Position numbers and translations under genes: made by a program. 64,000 nt of DNA from the sequence record MN508614.1; one strand, 5' to 3'. Of this stretch, positions 49,086-58,452 are shown piece after piece (position 1 is the first letter of the stretch; every line of letters begins with the position of its first letter). The stretch comes from Escherichia phage ES12. The notes below the pieces were generated by a model that was given only the letters and a program-made list of their open reading frames with translations, was not told the DNA's origin and did no database searches.

Positions 49086-49341
49086 TGTAAACTGATTTTT
49101 TCAACTTTCTTACTTCACCACGTAATTGGCGATTTAGCTCATCTTTAACTTCTGAATCAATACCTTTCATTCTACGCCATTTATCTGAGCGAAAAATGTT
49201 TTCAACCATATCTTTATGACTTACACCATCAGGAGCTTTACGCTTTCCGAAATAGTCATAATCACGCACTTTTAAGTCTTTACGACGATACGTTTTACCC
49301 ATGGAGTTTAATTTCCTTAGCAACTGAACTAAATGCAGCAC
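49009..49341 (-). CDS. Hypothetical basic protein, about 100 aa
   Basis: Very Lys/Arg-rich (KTYRRKDLKVRDYDYFGKRKAP...); start ambiguous. Confidence 0.5.
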   Translation of the reverse strand: MLHLVQLLRKLNSMGKTYRRKDLKVRDYDYFGKRKAPDGVSHKDMVENIFRSDKWRRMKGIDSEVKDELNRQLRGEVRKLKKSVYIDDDFDYNTSQRVAKRKSNECYRYS

Positions 49342-49477
49342 GATCGCAAATCATGCGTTTATGTAACTTGAGTATAATATAGCAAACTTCAAAACTATTT
49401 ACATGAGTAACACGAACAGCATTACCATTAATGAGATAATACTGTCCCTTTTTAATTTCTTTATCAACCACAACCAT
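49295..49477 (-). CDS. Hypothetical protein, 60 aa
   Basis: ATG after an early-promoter cassette. Confidence 0.45.
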   Translation of the reverse strand: MVVVDKEIKKGQYYLINGNAVRVTHVNSFEVCYIILKLHKRMICDRAAFSSVAKEIKLHG

Positions 49478-49504
49478 ATCAATTCCTCAAAGGTAATTCA
49501 TATG

Positions 49505-49540
49505 TTAATAATACCACGGTTTGAACTTGTTGTAAACAAC
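49505..49540 (-). promoter_or_regulatory. Early promoter
   Basis: Minus-strand GTTTAC-(18)-TGgTATTAT. Confidence 0.45.
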
Positions 49541-49616
49541 TTTGTGAAAAATATTTTAGGGAATGACAAGAAGGGAACGATAGCTTAGAATGGTAATATA
49601 CAGAATGTAAGAAAGA

Positions 49617-49634
49617 AAGGCCCAGAGGGCCCGT
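49617..49634 (-). terminator. Rho-independent terminator after nrdH
   Basis: Minus-strand RNA GGGCC-CUCU-GGGCC followed by UUUCUUUCUU. Confidence 0.45.
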
Positions 49635-49635
49635 C

Positions 49636-49959
49636 TTAGTCTTCTATGATATCTCTATCATATCCAAGTGAAATGAGAGTTTCTTTGAAGTGTTTAATGT
49701 TCTTTTGTCTAGAATCATTGATGAAAATGACTGGATAACGAATGTTAAGAGATGTGAATCCAGCGCGTTTAGCAAGAGATACAATCAGTGGACGATCATA
49801 CTCAATCTTACCATTATTTGTAAGAACTTTATAGAAAGTAAAAGGAGCATTAAGCTCCTTTAGAAGTTTTGTAACTGATTGACATCCAGGACAACGACCT
49901 ACTTCATCTGGAATTCCATAGACTTCAATCTTATTCTTTAAGTTCGAGTTTTGTTCCAC
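49636..49959 (-). CDS. nrdH: Glutaredoxin-like NrdH
   Basis: CPGC redox motif (YGIPDEVGRCPGCQSV); start tentatively at a GTG, since the track's longer ORF overlaps the upstream gene. Confidence 0.5.
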   Translation of the reverse strand: MEQNSNLKNKIEVYGIPDEVGRCPGCQSVTKLLKELNAPFTFYKVLTNNGKIEYDRPLIVSLAKRAGFTSLNIRYPVIFINDSRQKNIKHFKETLISLGYDRDIIED

Positions 49960-50242
49960 GAGAAATAATTCCTTGATAAGCCCAGTATGGCGGGTTAACA
50001 GAATCATCGCCAGAATTTTCTTCAGGAAAATAAACCTGGATAACAAATCCAGATGCATCAAAGGTAAAATAAACCGTAGGTAATTCACCTAACAATTCAG
50101 CGCGGTTATTAATTTCTTCAAGTTCTCGTTCTCGTCCAGCCCAAAAACTAGGATTTAGACTACATTCATAGAAATAATAGTCATTACCGAACATATCAAA
50201 ACCCTTCCAACTCTCTACCACATATCGCTCAAAACTAATCAT
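49931..50242 (-). CDS. Hypothetical acidic protein, 103 aa
   Basis: Minus-strand ORF upstream of nrdH. Confidence 0.5.
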   Translation of the reverse strand: MISFERYVVESWKGFDMFGNDYYFYECSLNPSFWAGRERELEEINNRAELLGELPTVYFTFDASGFVIQVYFPEENSGDDSVNPPYWAYQGIISRGTKLELKE

Positions 50243-50244
50243 AA

Positions 50245-50460
50245 TTAGGCCTTTTTATCAAGAACAGCATTCAGTTTGTTAGTAATTTTATCCAGACGCT
50301 CATTGAACTCGCTAGAAGATAAGCCTTTTTCTGGAGAAATTAAGCTAATCACGAAAAATATAGCAATAAAAGGAATAAGAAAAATAGCACCAACTGCCAT
50401 AAACAAAAAGAACGTTACAGTTGTAAGAAAATCAGCTAAACCTTTACGAAATTTATACAT
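50245..50460 (-). CDS. Membrane protein, 71 aa
   Basis: Two TM helices (FLTTVTFFLFMAVGAIFLIPFIAIFFVISLI). Confidence 0.5.
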   Translation of the reverse strand: MYKFRKGLADFLTTVTFFLFMAVGAIFLIPFIAIFFVISLISPEKGLSSSEFNERLDKITNKLNAVLDKKA

Positions 50461-50575
50461 ATTTTACCCTTAATTGATTAACCAAGCATTGATAAGCACT
50501 AAACTATATTGCGAATAAAATTCTGGACCAAAATGAAAAATCATATCATTTATAGTATCCATAATGTAATTCAAT

Positions 50576-51046
50576 TTAATCATGTGTCCACACCCCATCG
50601 GTATTTGACCAAAGTCGCTGATTATCTGATCCTCGCCACAGCTTTTTGGTCGGAAGATTTTTCTCATACTTCCCATCAATAATAACATCAACATATTTAA
50701 GCATTTCTAGTTGTTTAATATCTTCAAACTTATATCCTGTCCACAACCAAATGCTTTTATTGGGATAAAGATTTTTAATAGTTTGAACCACAGAGTGAAT
50801 CACGTCTCTGTTATCAGGATAGAGAGGGTCACCTCCGGTTATAGTCAATCCTTCTATATAATCATTATTCAAACATTCAATTAATTGTTCTAGTGTTTCA
50901 CCAGTGAATGGAACACCATTTCTAGCATTCCATGTTGATTTATTATAACACCCTTCACATTTATGCAAACAACCTGTAACGAAAAGAACGGTCCTGCAGC
51001 CAGGACCATTAACAAAATCGCAAGGATAAAATCTATCATAATTCAT
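50576..51046 (-). CDS. nrdG: Anaerobic ribonucleotide reductase activase NrdG (radical SAM)
   Basis: 156 aa, CxxxCxxC cluster (GCLHKCEGCYNK). Confidence 0.9.
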   Translation of the reverse strand: MNYDRFYPCDFVNGPGCRTVLFVTGCLHKCEGCYNKSTWNARNGVPFTGETLEQLIECLNNDYIEGLTITGGDPLYPDNRDVIHSVVQTIKNLYPNKSIWLWTGYKFEDIKQLEMLKYVDVIIDGKYEKNLPTKKLWRGSDNQRLWSNTDGVWTHD

Positions 51047-52860
51047 TGGTGCTTAACCCTATGCATGATTTCTTTATTTTTGCCGAGATTAAATCCGCGT
51101 TCGTTCGGATTTCCCAAATAACCACATGTTCTTCTTATTGTGTTCATCTTTTTAGGATCAGTTTCTCCACAAATAGAACAAACAAATCCGTTTTCAGTAG
51201 GAGTCATTTCATGGGTACTTCCACATGTAAAACATTTATCTACTGGCATATTAACACCAAAATAATCTAAATGTTGTGCAGCATAATCCCAGACAGCCTC
51301 AAGACCTTTTAGGTTATTTTTCATATCAGGAAGTTCAACATAAGAAATGTGACCACCTGTCGCAATGAAATGATATGGGGCTTCGCGAGAAATCTTTTCA
51401 AACGGAGTAATATTTTCTTCTACTGAAACATGGAAACTATTAGTGTACCAGCCTTTATCAGTAACATCTTTTACACTTCCATATTTTTCAGTATCAAGTT
51501 TACAGAAGCGATAACAAAGGTTTTCAGCGGGAGTAGAATACAAGCTAAAAGCAAAACCGGTTCTTTCAGTCCACTGTTTAAGACGAGCATTCATTTTAGT
51601 TAAAATTTCCTGTCCAATATCACGACCGACAAGAATATTCAATTCGTGAATACCAATGTATCCTAGGGACACTGAACTTCTACCGTTTTTAAATAACTCA
51701 ATTATGTCGTCATCAGGTTTAAGACGAACCCCGAATGCACCTTCTTGGTAAAGAATAGGAGCAACAGTCGCTTTAACTCCTTTTAATGAACTAATTCTAC
51801 ACATCAAAGCTTCAAAACATAAATCCATTCGCTCATTGAACAATTCGATAAATTTCTGTTCATTGAACTGTGTTCCAATATAAGAATCTAATGCGATACG
51901 AGGAAGATTCAGTGTTACAACACCAAGATTATTACGTCCATCAAGAATTTCATTACCAGTCGAATCTTTCCATACGCTCAAGAAACTACGGCAACCCATC
52001 GGAGAAACAGGAATAGATGAACCGGTGATAGCTTTATTGTTCTTAGCTGAAATAATATCAGGATACATTCTTTTGCTTGCGCACTCTAGAGCAAGCTGCT
52101 TAATATCATAGTTCGGATCGTCTTTATAAAGATTAACACCTTCTTCAACAAACATAACAAGCTTAGGGAAAATAGGAGTTATCCCATCACGACCAAGACC
52201 TTTAATACGATTTTTCAGAATTGCTTTCTGAATCATTCGTTCAGTCCAGTCAGTTCCCGTACCAAATGTAATTGTTACAAAAGGCGTTTGTCCGTTTGAA
52301 CTAAAGAGAGTGTTTACTTCATATTCATAAGCTTGAAATGCATCGTATACGTCTTTTTCTGTTTTAGATTGAGCATAATTCAACGCATCAGCGATTTGCC
52401 ATTTTTCTGCATCCTCAATATGTTTTGCATAGGTGCGTTTAACATAAGGAGAAAGTACTTTATCTACATTCGCAAAAGTCGTTCCGCCGTATTGATGGGA
52501 AGCAACTTGCGCAGTAATTTGCGCCATAATTGCAGTAGCAACGCCAATTGATTTAGGAGTTTCAATCTGTGCATTACCAAGCTTAAATCCGTTTTCAAGC
52601 ATTCCTTTTAAATCTACTAAACAACAATTAGTAAATGGAAGAGCAGGGGAATAATCAATATCATGGAAATGAATAATTCCGCTTTCATGCGCTTTCATAA
52701 TAAAAGACGGGACCATATTTTTGGCAATGTGTTTAGACACAATACCAGCCATAAGGTCCCGTTGAGTTGGAAAAACACGAGAATCTTTATTAGCATTCTC
52801 GTTTAAAAGGTCTTTATTAGTTTTATGAATCAATCCTTCAATTTCTTTTTCAATTGTCAT
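51043..52860 (-). CDS. nrdD: Anaerobic ribonucleotide reductase NrdD, uninterrupted
   Basis: 605 aa continuous ORF with C-terminal glycyl-radical motif RRTCGYLGNP and a Cys zinc site. Confidence 0.95.
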   Translation of the reverse strand: MTIEKEIEGLIHKTNKDLLNENANKDSRVFPTQRDLMAGIVSKHIAKNMVPSFIMKAHESGIIHFHDIDYSPALPFTNCCLVDLKGMLENGFKLGNAQIETPKSIGVATAIMAQITAQVASHQYGGTTFANVDKVLSPYVKRTYAKHIEDAEKWQIADALNYAQSKTEKDVYDAFQAYEYEVNTLFSSNGQTPFVTITFGTGTDWTERMIQKAILKNRIKGLGRDGITPIFPKLVMFVEEGVNLYKDDPNYDIKQLALECASKRMYPDIISAKNNKAITGSSIPVSPMGCRSFLSVWKDSTGNEILDGRNNLGVVTLNLPRIALDSYIGTQFNEQKFIELFNERMDLCFEALMCRISSLKGVKATVAPILYQEGAFGVRLKPDDDIIELFKNGRSSVSLGYIGIHELNILVGRDIGQEILTKMNARLKQWTERTGFAFSLYSTPAENLCYRFCKLDTEKYGSVKDVTDKGWYTNSFHVSVEENITPFEKISREAPYHFIATGGHISYVELPDMKNNLKGLEAVWDYAAQHLDYFGVNMPVDKCFTCGSTHEMTPTENGFVCSICGETDPKKMNTIRRTCGYLGNPNERGFNLGKNKEIMHRVKHQ

Positions 52861-53330
52861 TTTAAACTCTTTCTAAGCTGCTTCTTAAATGAAGCTATTA
52901 ACTGTGTTTTGGTGTCAGATTCATTATATTCAAATCCTCTTTGAAGCATCTCGGCCATCATTTCCTCTTTTCCTAAACGAGAAAATTCCTTTGATTTATC
53001 TCCAACAAAGTTAGGGTGAATATTATTTTGGGTGTAATCGGATTTTAAATAAGTAAGTAAATTTTCTAACCATTCAAGATAATCAACACCTTGTCCCTTT
53101 AATCCAGAACGATTAAATTTATGCTTCATTTGACCTTCTGCGGCATTGCAGAGATTACAAAGCAATCCACGTACCTTTCCTGCTTTTGGTCCATTTAATT
53201 CATGGTCATGATCAAGATGATTAGCTTGAACATCAGGATTTAGTTCTCGTTGGCAAATTAAACATTTACCGTTTTGTGCATCATAAAATTTCTGTTTTTC
53301 TTCTTTATATAATTTGCCAGTCAATAACAT
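52857..53330 (-). CDS. 49: Endonuclease VII gp49 (Holliday-junction resolvase)
   Basis: 157 aa, zinc-binding CLIC...HLDHDH...CNLCN; matches T4 endo VII. Confidence 0.95.
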   Translation of the reverse strand: MLLTGKLYKEEKQKFYDAQNGKCLICQRELNPDVQANHLDHDHELNGPKAGKVRGLLCNLCNAAEGQMKHKFNRSGLKGQGVDYLEWLENLLTYLKSDYTQNNIHPNFVGDKSKEFSRLGKEEMMAEMLQRGFEYNESDTKTQLIASFKKQLRKSLK

Positions 53331-53372
53331 AATAAAACCCTTACCTTAAATAGATAAGGGTATTTATTATTT

Positions 53373-53549
53373 TTAAGTATTGTAAAACATTCGATGCAAT
53401 CGTTTATACTGTCGAATCATCTTTTTAGTAGGACGAGAATAGGTTCCTACGCAAGTGGTCATATGAGGGTCCGTAGAATGTCCTTTAATAAAAAGTTTCC
53501 AAACCTTACCGCCATTTAACTTTTCAGTATAAACCAATTCGGTTTTCAT
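53373..53549 (-). CDS. 58-aa ORF whose C-terminus duplicates the Pin C-terminus
   Basis: Own translation: MKTELVYTEKLNGGKVWKLFIKGHSTDPHMTTCVGTYSRPTKKMIRQYKRLHRMFYNT; the last 15 residues parallel Pin's ...QMIRQYKRLHQMFYNT. Confidence 0.4.
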   Translation of the reverse strand: MKTELVYTEKLNGGKVWKLFIKGHSTDPHMTTCVGTYSRPTKKMIRQYKRLHRMFYNT

Positions 53550-53585
53550 TAAAATGCCTTGTCAGAAAAAGAATTTTGAGTTTTT

Positions 53586-54071
53586 TCAAGTATTATAAAA
53601 CATTTGATGCAATCGCTTATATTGCCGAATCATTTGGTCAGAAAAAGAATTTTGTGTTTCAAGCCATTCAATATATTCTGCCGCAGCTTGCATCAGGTTA
53701 CCTTCATAATCATCAATATCTTTTTTCAATGCCACTTTAGCTAATGCATATGAAATACGTTCACCTTGAAAAGCGGCTTTAGGCTTCTGAACATCTTGGC
53801 TAGTTCTCTCTACAACTTCTTCAATTTCGCCATTTTCAACGGATTCAGTATTCCACAAGCACCAATACGTAATTGGCTTATCATAGATGTTAATAATCTT
53901 TCCGTCGGAAAGTTCAATTTCAATAATTCCAGTATCAGGCTCTATATCATCTTCACATTCTTTTGTAAGTTCACGAACTTTAAAGACAGTACCTGCACTA
54001 AGTTCCGGCCAGTAATTACATAGCCCTGTATCAACACGATTAATTCTAAACCACTTATCTACTGTAATCAT
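53586..54071 (-). CDS. pin: Pin (inhibitor of host Lon protease)
   Basis: 161 aa from MITVDKWFRINRVD...; length and locus between 49 and nrdC match T4 pin. Confidence 0.7.
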   Translation of the reverse strand: MITVDKWFRINRVDTGLCNYWPELSAGTVFKVRELTKECEDDIEPDTGIIEIELSDGKIINIYDKPITYWCLWNTESVENGEIEEVVERTSQDVQKPKAAFQGERISYALAKVALKKDIDDYEGNLMQAAAEYIEWLETQNSFSDQMIRQYKRLHQMFYNT

Positions 54072-54193
54072 GTCCCATCTCCATATCAATTAAGTCATTT
54101 ATCGTTGGTTCATTATATACTGTTTCTTCATCAGTGTAAACCGGTTCTTCCGGCTCTGGCTCTACAGTTTCCCATCTAGCCGCCCACCAGGGT

Positions 54194-54403
54194 TTAACCC
54201 CGAAGCTTATTAAGTTCTTCATAATCAATCCAGGATTCTAGTCCTGATGGCAAATCAGATTCAATTTCCCAAAGAAGCTCTTCAATTTTCTGAAGACGAT
54301 CTAGTTCTTCAGCTGGAATAGTAACCATTGATGGAGTTCTTGATACACTAATATCGTAAATCATATTTACCCCAGTTTGACCATGCAATCGCCGTATTTC
54401 CAC
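54194..54403 (-). CDS. Hypothetical acidic protein, 69 aa
   Basis: Minus-strand ORF between pin and nrdC. Confidence 0.5.
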   Translation of the reverse strand: MEIRRLHGQTGVNMIYDISVSRTPSMVTIPAEELDRLQKIEELLWEIESDLPSGLESWIDYEELNKLRG

Positions 54404-54582
54404 TTAGAAATAGACTTTTCGCCATTAGAATAATAAACTTCGAGTTTAGCACGGTTATTTTTAATTTGAATAACCTTGGCTGTCATTAAAGTTCCATACC
54501 CATAGTAAACTGCAACTTCATCACCTACATATACCGCGCTTCCGCGGTAATCATGGATATAATCAGTTCCTTCGAGCATCAT
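54367..54582 (-). CDS. Hypothetical protein, 71 aa
   Basis: Minus-strand ORF, 4-nt overlap with nrdC. Confidence 0.5.
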   Translation of the reverse strand: MMLEGTDYIHDYRGSAVYVGDEVAVYYGYGTLMTAKVIQIKNNRAKLEVYYSNGEKSISKWKYGDCMVKLG

Positions 54583-54842
54583 TTAAAGTATTCCCGCAAT
54601 TGGTCAAATCCACCAATATGACTTCCATCAGGAGCAAATACCTGAGGCACTGTTAAGCCGATTTGAGTATCACGACCTAGTTTAGTCAGAAGCTCAGCGA
54701 TTTTCTCATCATCAAAAACACCTTTTTCCGGCATAATGTTGATAAATTCAAACGGCTGTTTCTTCACGGTCAAAAGACGTTTTGCATTATCGCAATACAC
54801 GCATTTATGAATGTTGCTATCATAACCATATACTTTAAACAT
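54579..54842 (-). CDS. nrdC: Thioredoxin/glutaredoxin NrdC
   Basis: 87 aa, CVYC active site; MFKVYGYDSNIHKCVYCDNAKRLL matches T4 thioredoxin. Confidence 0.9.
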   Translation of the reverse strand: MFKVYGYDSNIHKCVYCDNAKRLLTVKKQPFEFINIMPEKGVFDDEKIAELLTKLGRDTQIGLTVPQVFAPDGSHIGGFDQLREYFK

Positions 54843-54843
54843 A

Positions 54844-55086
54844 TTATTCCTTAATTCCTAATACTTGTTTAAAAGTCTCGTCGTAATCAAGACTTTGGCC
54901 TGTTTGTTCTTTATGTTTGTATATAATATCACTTACTTCTGATAGCATATTTTTATATGAACGAGTTAAAGCAGATTTAAGCACGCTGTATCTATCAGGA
55001 AATTTACCGTGTTCATTATAATAAGCTATTGCTAATTCACGGACTGCCTTTTCAGCAGCCTCCATATATTCTTTACGCTTTGTCAT
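54844..55086 (-). CDS. Hypothetical protein, about 80 aa
   Basis: Start placed at the internal ATG ([15 protein letters not shown]...) to avoid overlap with the upstream zinc-ribbon ORF. Confidence 0.45.
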   Translation of the reverse strand: MTKRKEYMEAAEKAVRELAIAYYNEHGKFPDRYSVLKSALTRSYKNMLSEVSDIIYKHKEQTGQSLDYDETFKQVLGIKE

Positions 55087-55387
55087 TTTCTTCTCGGTCA
55101 AATCGGTGTTTACAATGGCGACATTTATAACGAAGATTACTAGTCTGCCAATGGACCAATTGCACCTGTTCAGTTCCACATTCAGGGCAATTAGGAACGT
55201 TTTTAGAAGCACGTTCGCGGCGTTCAACCATGACCGTTACAGAATCCCAATTAATAGGGCTGCTATAATCATCACAACCATGAATCTTTCCACGCATTTC
55301 CAAATCGTCTTCTTCACCGGCCATAATAATTTTAATTAAACTGGAATTACTTGAAGCTGCAATGTCTTCTAATAGACGCTTTTTCAT
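55073..55387 (-). CDS. Zinc-ribbon protein, 104 aa
   Basis: C-terminal CPECG...CRHCKH four-Cys ribbon, acidic N-terminus. Confidence 0.55.
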   Translation of the reverse strand: MKKRLLEDIAASSNSSLIKIIMAGEEDDLEMRGKIHGCDDYSSPINWDSVTVMVERRERASKNVPNCPECGTEQVQLVHWQTSNLRYKCRHCKHRFDREENDKA

Positions 55388-56313
55388 TTCAATACCTCAA
55401 TAGCATTACGTAAACCATTTGCTTTTGCATTAAGAGCTTTTAACAATTTGGTGTGTTCTGCAATTTGGGCTTCAACTTCAATCAAACGAGCATTGAGATA
55501 TTCGCGTTCTTCACTCAGATTATCAGCCTTTTCTGCTTTAGGTTCTTTTACAACTTGCTTATATGTATTAGGGTTCTTCAGTTTAATTAGAATGCGTGAA
55601 CTGTACAGCATTGAACCATTATCTTCGGTTTCGTCATACATTTCCACTACGTCCATCATCTCCACCATCGTGCAGAGTTTATAAGACAACGAACGAATAA
55701 TTTTGTTGTGCTTATTAATTTCTCTAGCTGTCATGGTGCCGAGATTACGTGAGTAATAATAAGGAACCTGGATATTAATTAATACTGATGAACCACCTGG
55801 CTTGTGTGTTACTTCATCAGCAATAACCCAATCCTTAACATGAACTGTATTTGTACGGTCATCGCCCGCGGTAAATAGTTTACGAGCATGCTTAAAAAGC
55901 ATATTCACTTGGTCATTGAATTGACAAGCGAATTTATCAGCAAATTTAGTTTCGGGAATGGTAGATAACCAATCAGCCAAATGAGTCTTTTTAACATCGT
56001 TAACAATAGTAAATTCAACCAAATCGGTTATAGATGTCTCAGATTTAATGAAGCTCGGCTTCATAAAGTTTTTAATGTTATCGCGAGCTACAGTAGAAGA
56101 TAACATACGAGAACGTTTAAACCATTCAAGCAAATTGCCTAACGAATGAGAATAAGCGTTTTGAGTATCTTTACAGATATGATTTTCCTGGCCAACATAT
56201 TGAAGGAAATCACGAAGAATATTATTGATTACTGCTCTGTGTCCTATCTGATAATTACGATGTTTAGTAATAAGACTGTCAAAATAATCAATATAATGTT
56301 TACGAGTTTTCAT
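55384..56313 (-). CDS. Paralogue A of a four-member tandem family with coiled-coil C-terminus, 309 aa
   Basis: Shares a central helix (MLFKHARKL) with the next three ORFs; heptad-like tail ...EEREYLNARLIEVEAQIAEHTKLLKALNAKANGL. Confidence 0.6.
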   Translation of the reverse strand: MKTRKHYIDYFDSLITKHRNYQIGHRAVINNILRDFLQYVGQENHICKDTQNAYSHSLGNLLEWFKRSRMLSSTVARDNIKNFMKPSFIKSETSITDLVEFTIVNDVKKTHLADWLSTIPETKFADKFACQFNDQVNMLFKHARKLFTAGDDRTNTVHVKDWVIADEVTHKPGGSSVLINIQVPYYYSRNLGTMTAREINKHNKIIRSLSYKLCTMVEMMDVVEMYDETEDNGSMLYSSRILIKLKNPNTYKQVVKEPKAEKADNLSEEREYLNARLIEVEAQIAEHTKLLKALNAKANGLRNAIEVLK

Positions 56314-56365
56314 GTTCTTCTCACTTGGTTAATGATTTATACTCCGAGCCATCCTTGGCTTTAAA

Positions 56366-57367
56366 TTACTTAATTAACTGTAAAGCTTGTTCAAGACGAT
56401 CCAGGCGATTAACAGATTCTTCCCAAATCCTTTTAGCCTGCTCATATTCTTTCTGCGCTTTATTAGAAATTTCTAGAACTTCTTTATAAGCTTTTTCTAG
56501 TGCAATAACTTCTGGACGAATTTCTACCGGTTCAGGTGAATCATCAAGACATTCCATTAGTTCCTCAAGGGTAGTTTCTTCTTTAGGAGTATTCACAATT
56601 TCATCACATTTTTGTTGGTAAATTTCTTTACTAGTAGGTGAATAAGTACATTTCACTTCACGAAGACTAACTACAATTTTATATCCTTCCCAACCGCATA
56701 TATTCTTAAAAGGATATGTATGAATATTTTCTACTGTTTCCATACAAAGTAATGCGGTCTCTAATTGACGAGTTATAGTGCTAGCAATTGAGAAAAATTT
56801 ATTAATGTTCTTTTGGTTAGTTTCTGGTGTAAAAAATCCATAATTCACAAAAATAGCTACTTTATTTTTATCAAGTTCATATTCTTTTATGATAATCATA
56901 TCAGAAGCCAAAGGATGAATTTGACGATAATCGCCATAACATAATTTAGAAGCTGATTTTAGAATTTGCTTCTTGAAAAGTCTGAAATTACTAATCCAAC
57001 GACGAGTAAAAATATTCTCAGGGTCTTCTTTATTATTGAGATGATAAGAATTAACATCACCGAACCAATTATATCCTACTACATCTTTAGTTCGTTTAAT
57101 TTCTTTCCCAAAATTACCAAGAATATCCCGATTAACCAAATATGAAAGAAGACGAGACTCTTTAAAGGTTTTCTTGATAACATCTTTATCTACACGGCTA
57201 GAAATTTTACGAATTTCATGAATAAATTTAGTAGAAGAAACAATACTTGCATCAACACTATTGAGCCATTGATTGATAATAGAAAGAACGATATTTTGAC
57301 CAAACATCGGTATAGCTTTATCATCAATAACGCTATTGAATGATTTGATATATTCGTTACGAGTCAT
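56366..57367 (-). CDS. Paralogue B of the four-member tandem family, about 333 aa
   Basis: Start at MTRNEYIKSF with GAGGAG SD; central FRLFKKQILKSASKL helix; coiled-coil tail. Confidence 0.6.
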   Translation of the reverse strand: MTRNEYIKSFNSVIDDKAIPMFGQNIVLSIINQWLNSVDASIVSSTKFIHEIRKISSRVDKDVIKKTFKESRLLSYLVNRDILGNFGKEIKRTKDVVGYNWFGDVNSYHLNNKEDPENIFTRRWISNFRLFKKQILKSASKLCYGDYRQIHPLASDMIIIKEYELDKNKVAIFVNYGFFTPETNQKNINKFFSIASTITRQLETALLCMETVENIHTYPFKNICGWEGYKIVVSLREVKCTYSPTSKEIYQQKCDEIVNTPKEETTLEELMECLDDSPEPVEIRPEVIALEKAYKEVLEISNKAQKEYEQAKRIWEESVNRLDRLEQALQLIK

Positions 57368-57389
57368 AATAATCTCCTCAGTAGAAAGT

Positions 57390-57426
57390 AAGAACATTAT
57401 ACCACATCCTTGTGGTAAAGTAAACT
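57390..57426 (-). promoter_or_regulatory. Early sigma70 promoter between paralogues C and B
   Basis: Minus-strand GTTTAC-(18)-TGgTATAAT, near-identical to the copy at 13180-13212. Confidence 0.5.
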
Positions 57427-58444
57427 AGTTCAGTGCATTTAATGCATTGTTCAGTTTAGAACGTTGCTTCGTGAGATTTTTGACTTTTTCTTGTGCTTTT
57501 TCTAGCATCTTTTCAGCTTCTAACACTTCATTGGTCGCTTTAACGAGTTCATCATCTACTGCCTTAAGGGACTTCTCAATCGCATCCGCGTGCCATTTTT
57601 CAACAGGTTTAAGACTCGGATTTTCAATAGGAAGAAAATTCACTTTATTGAATTTCCATGCATCTTTATTACCTGAACTATACATCCAAAATTTAGGATC
57701 ATTTGACGAGTAATTAGATAAATTTAAGGTATCTTGTACTTCCTGCTTTTTCTCTTGTGTAACTTCGTCCTTTCTCAAAAAATCGTATTTAAATGAAACG
57801 ATCATATCAAGTTCATATGTTGTTGTGTCTAATTTAAATCGTTCGAAATGCTGTGAAATCTTAGACTGAACTGCAGCAACAACATCCATATACTTAAATG
57901 CTTCTGTCAGCTGTGATTTAAGGCATTCACAAATTGAAAGAGAATTTTTTGTATTAGGTTTAAAGCTAATTCGTGCAGTTCTATTATTTTCTTTTAATGG
58001 TCTTACTTCCATCTGAAGAGTATAACCATCAAATTTCAGATTCTTTAAGTTAATATCAGAGCCTTTTAATCGACTAGCCGTCGACAAAATTTGCTTTAAT
58101 TGTTTACGGAATAGAGCAATAAATCTCCACTCAAGACGATAATGATTTGGATTAAAAAATCCAGATGATAAATCGACCTTACTCTGACCAACACCTTGAA
58201 CAAACAGAGGATTTTTATAATCAATAGTTTTACAGAAATCGGTGAGCTGCTCACGAGCAGTCATTTGTGTAATATACCCCGCTTTACTAAAATGACGTAA
58301 CCATTCACTGCTATTCATATATTTAAAGTGAATATCACGATTAACTTTATCAGGGTCTAAATTATTTTCACACAAAAATGTCATAACATCACGAGTATAG
58401 CTGGCATTACGAACCATATCTTCAATTTGAGAACGAGTTTTCAT
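57425..58444 (-). CDS. Paralogue C of the four-member tandem family, 339 aa
   Basis: Central FIALFRKQLKQILSTASRLK helix; tail ...ATNEVLEAEKMLEKAQEKVKNLTKQRSKLNNALNALN. Confidence 0.6.
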   Translation of the reverse strand: MKTRSQIEDMVRNASYTRDVMTFLCENNLDPDKVNRDIHFKYMNSSEWLRHFSKAGYITQMTAREQLTDFCKTIDYKNPLFVQGVGQSKVDLSSGFFNPNHYRLEWRFIALFRKQLKQILSTASRLKGSDINLKNLKFDGYTLQMEVRPLKENNRTARISFKPNTKNSLSICECLKSQLTEAFKYMDVVAAVQSKISQHFERFKLDTTTYELDMIVSFKYDFLRKDEVTQEKKQEVQDTLNLSNYSSNDPKFWMYSSGNKDAWKFNKVNFLPIENPSLKPVEKWHADAIEKSLKAVDDELVKATNEVLEAEKMLEKAQEKVKNLTKQRSKLNNALNALN

Positions 58445-58452
58445 GGTGTTCC

